This document shows positions 62,365 through 64,000 of a DNA stretch of 64,000 nt, in pieces. The notes below the pieces were generated by a model. That model was not told the origin of the DNA. It was given only the letters and a program-made list of their open reading frames with translations, and made no database searches. This DNA is from Utricularia gibba (Eukaryota; Plantae; Magnoliophyta), in assembly GCA_002189035.1 (NCBI GenBank), contig NEEC01000002.1, forward strand, positions 2,728,001 to 2,792,000, written 5' to 3'. The translations under genes and the position numbers were made by a program. Within the stretch, counting starts at the first letter, position 1; each line of letters begins with the position of its first letter.

Positions 62365-64000
62365 ATGAATGATGCCTGCGTCCACAGCGAGCACCGCGTT
62401 CTGGATATCTCCGGTGCTGCAGTCGACGGCTCACAAATCTATGACGACGACGGTCATGTGAAGCGGACTGGTACGGTGTCGGTGCTCCTTACAGCAGTAG
62501 TGGTCGCCGTTTGGCCGGAGACTCGCCTGTTTTGAGTTTCTTTCTGTGTTTTGTGTTGCAGGGACTGTGTGGACTGCGAGCGCTCATATCATAACCGCTG
62601 TTATTGGGTCTGGCGTTTTGTCCCTTGCTTGGGCCATCGGGCAATTGGGATGGGTGGCCGGTCCGATAATCATGCTGCTCTTCTCCTTCGTCACTTACTA
62701 CACTTCCACCCTCCTCGCCACGTGCTACCGTAGCCCTGATCCCGACACCGGCAAGCGGAATTACACTTACATGGACGCCGTCCGAGCCAACTTGGGTAAG
62801 TAAAGTTTTTCACTTTTTACCGTGTCACTACTCACTGGGGTGAACTGAGATTCTATTCTGAGTCGTGTGTTGATTGATGTTGCAGGGAGTGTGCAGGTGA
62901 AGGCTTGTGGTGTAGTGCAGTACGTGAATCTGTTTGGGGTTGCGATCGGGTACACGATTGCTTCCTCAATCAGCATGATGGCGATAGAGAGATCGAATTG
63001 CTTTTACTCCAAAGGAGATGACAGCCCCTGCAAAGCCAACAGCAACCCCTACATGATCGCCTTCGGAGTAATCCAAATCATCTTCTCCCAGATCCCGGAT
63101 TTTGATCAGATATGGTGGCTTTCCATCGTCGCTGCTGTCATGTCCTTCACTTACTCTACCATTGGTCTCGCCCTCGGTATCGGAAAAGTTGTAGGTAAAT
63201 CCCTCAACTGCAAAAATCTTGAGTTTTGGACCTCTGCTGAGTGAATATACCTTCGATTTGCAGAGAATGGGAAAGTGAAGGGAAGCCTGAGTGGGATCAG
63301 CATCGGCACAGTTACTGAGATAGATAAAGTTTGGAGATGTTTTCAGGCTCTGGGGGCCATTGCTTTCGCTTACTCCTACTCCATGATTCTGATCGAGATT
63401 CAGGTCAGTTTTCTTGAGCATCTTTTGGGGATATTATTGTGCAAAGCAGGACGAGTGACAGAGTGAGGAAATTGGTTACAGAACACGGTGAAATCGCCGC
63501 CGGCGGAGCACAAAACGATGAAGAAAGCAACTTTGTTGAGCGTAGCGGTGACGACGGTTTTCTACATGGCGTGCGGCTGCTTTGGGTATGCCGCGTTCGG
63601 CGATTTGGCGCCGGGGAATCTTCTCACCGGGTTCGGATTCTACAACCCGTATTGGCTGCTGGATATTGCCAATGCGGCGATCGTCATTCACTTGATCGGC
63701 GCGTACCAAGTATACAGTCAGCCGCTGTTCGCATTCATCGAGAAGGCGATCTCCAGATGGTTTCCCAAGAGCAAATTCATCGCATCGGAGATCAAGGTTT
63801 GGGTCCCCGGCGTCAATACCTATTATAAGCTCAGTCCCTTCCGCCTTGTGTGGCGGAGCATCTTCGTCGTCATCACCACCGTGATTTCAATGTTATTGCC
63901 CTTCTTCAATGACGTCGTCGGGATCCTTGGGGCACTAGGGTTCTGGCCGCTGACGGTGTATTTCCCGGTGGAGATGTACATAAAAACGACCAGGATTCCG
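62365..64000 (+). CDS. AAP: Amino acid permease (AAP family), 3'-truncated by the window edge
   Basis: YDDDGHVKRTGTVWTASAHIITAVIGSGVLSLAWAIGQLGW, NYTYMDAVRANLG, SQIPDFDQIWWLSIVAAVMSFTYS, ALGAIAFAYSYSMILIEIQ, APGNLLTGFGFYNPYWLLDIAN, LGFWPLTVYFPVEMY. Exons 62365-62470, 62562-62795, 62886-63194, 63264-63403, 63482-edge. Confidence 0.97.

Noticed and set aside
62365-64000. High-GC3 AAP and PUP genes as horizontal transfers (e.g. from a grass host)
   Set aside because: Similar GC-rich coding segments occur in native neighbours (IBA57 last exon, TolB-like 5' half), and introns look like the rest of the window. Composition alone is not evidence.

Overview
Gene-dense plant nuclear DNA with spliced genes, mostly short (about 80-120 nt) GT-AG introns, and very AT-rich spacers. 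The lineage looks like a eudicot, possibly a compact-genome asterid; this is inference only. I reconstructed 18 protein-coding genes by hand: MLN51/CASC3, SYS1, a purine permease, ESP1/CstF64-like, a two-domain Dabb protein, PPR EMB1417-like, MFAP1, a NUP50/RanBD protein, HMG-CoA synthase, IRKI-like, an MLF-like protein, IBA57, an LRR-RLK, UDP-glucuronate 4-epimerase, a coiled-coil twin-CX9C protein, DNAJC11-like, a TolB/PD40 propeller protein and an amino-acid permease that runs off the right edge. The window also holds a genuine-looking CGL20-like pseudogene, a complete but defective Ty1/copia element (two LTRs, ATTTT target-site duplication, PBS, PPT), a decayed zinc-knuckle ORF at the left edge, an (AT)33 microsatellite and a degenerate direct duplication of about 280 bp. 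Important caveat: nine otherwise intact genes carry frameshifts at 11 sites, all repaired by adding bases, almost always in short G/C/A runs. This points to long-read consensus errors rather than biology. The best biological leads are (1) the head-to-head Mic19-like/DNAJC11-like pair on a site-II-rich shared promoter and (2) the CGL20-like pseudogene sharing a 211-bp promoter with ESP1. Gene names and Arabidopsis locus IDs are recognised from memory; no database search was run. I found no convincing RNA genes, CRISPR arrays or clearly novel multi-gene system.
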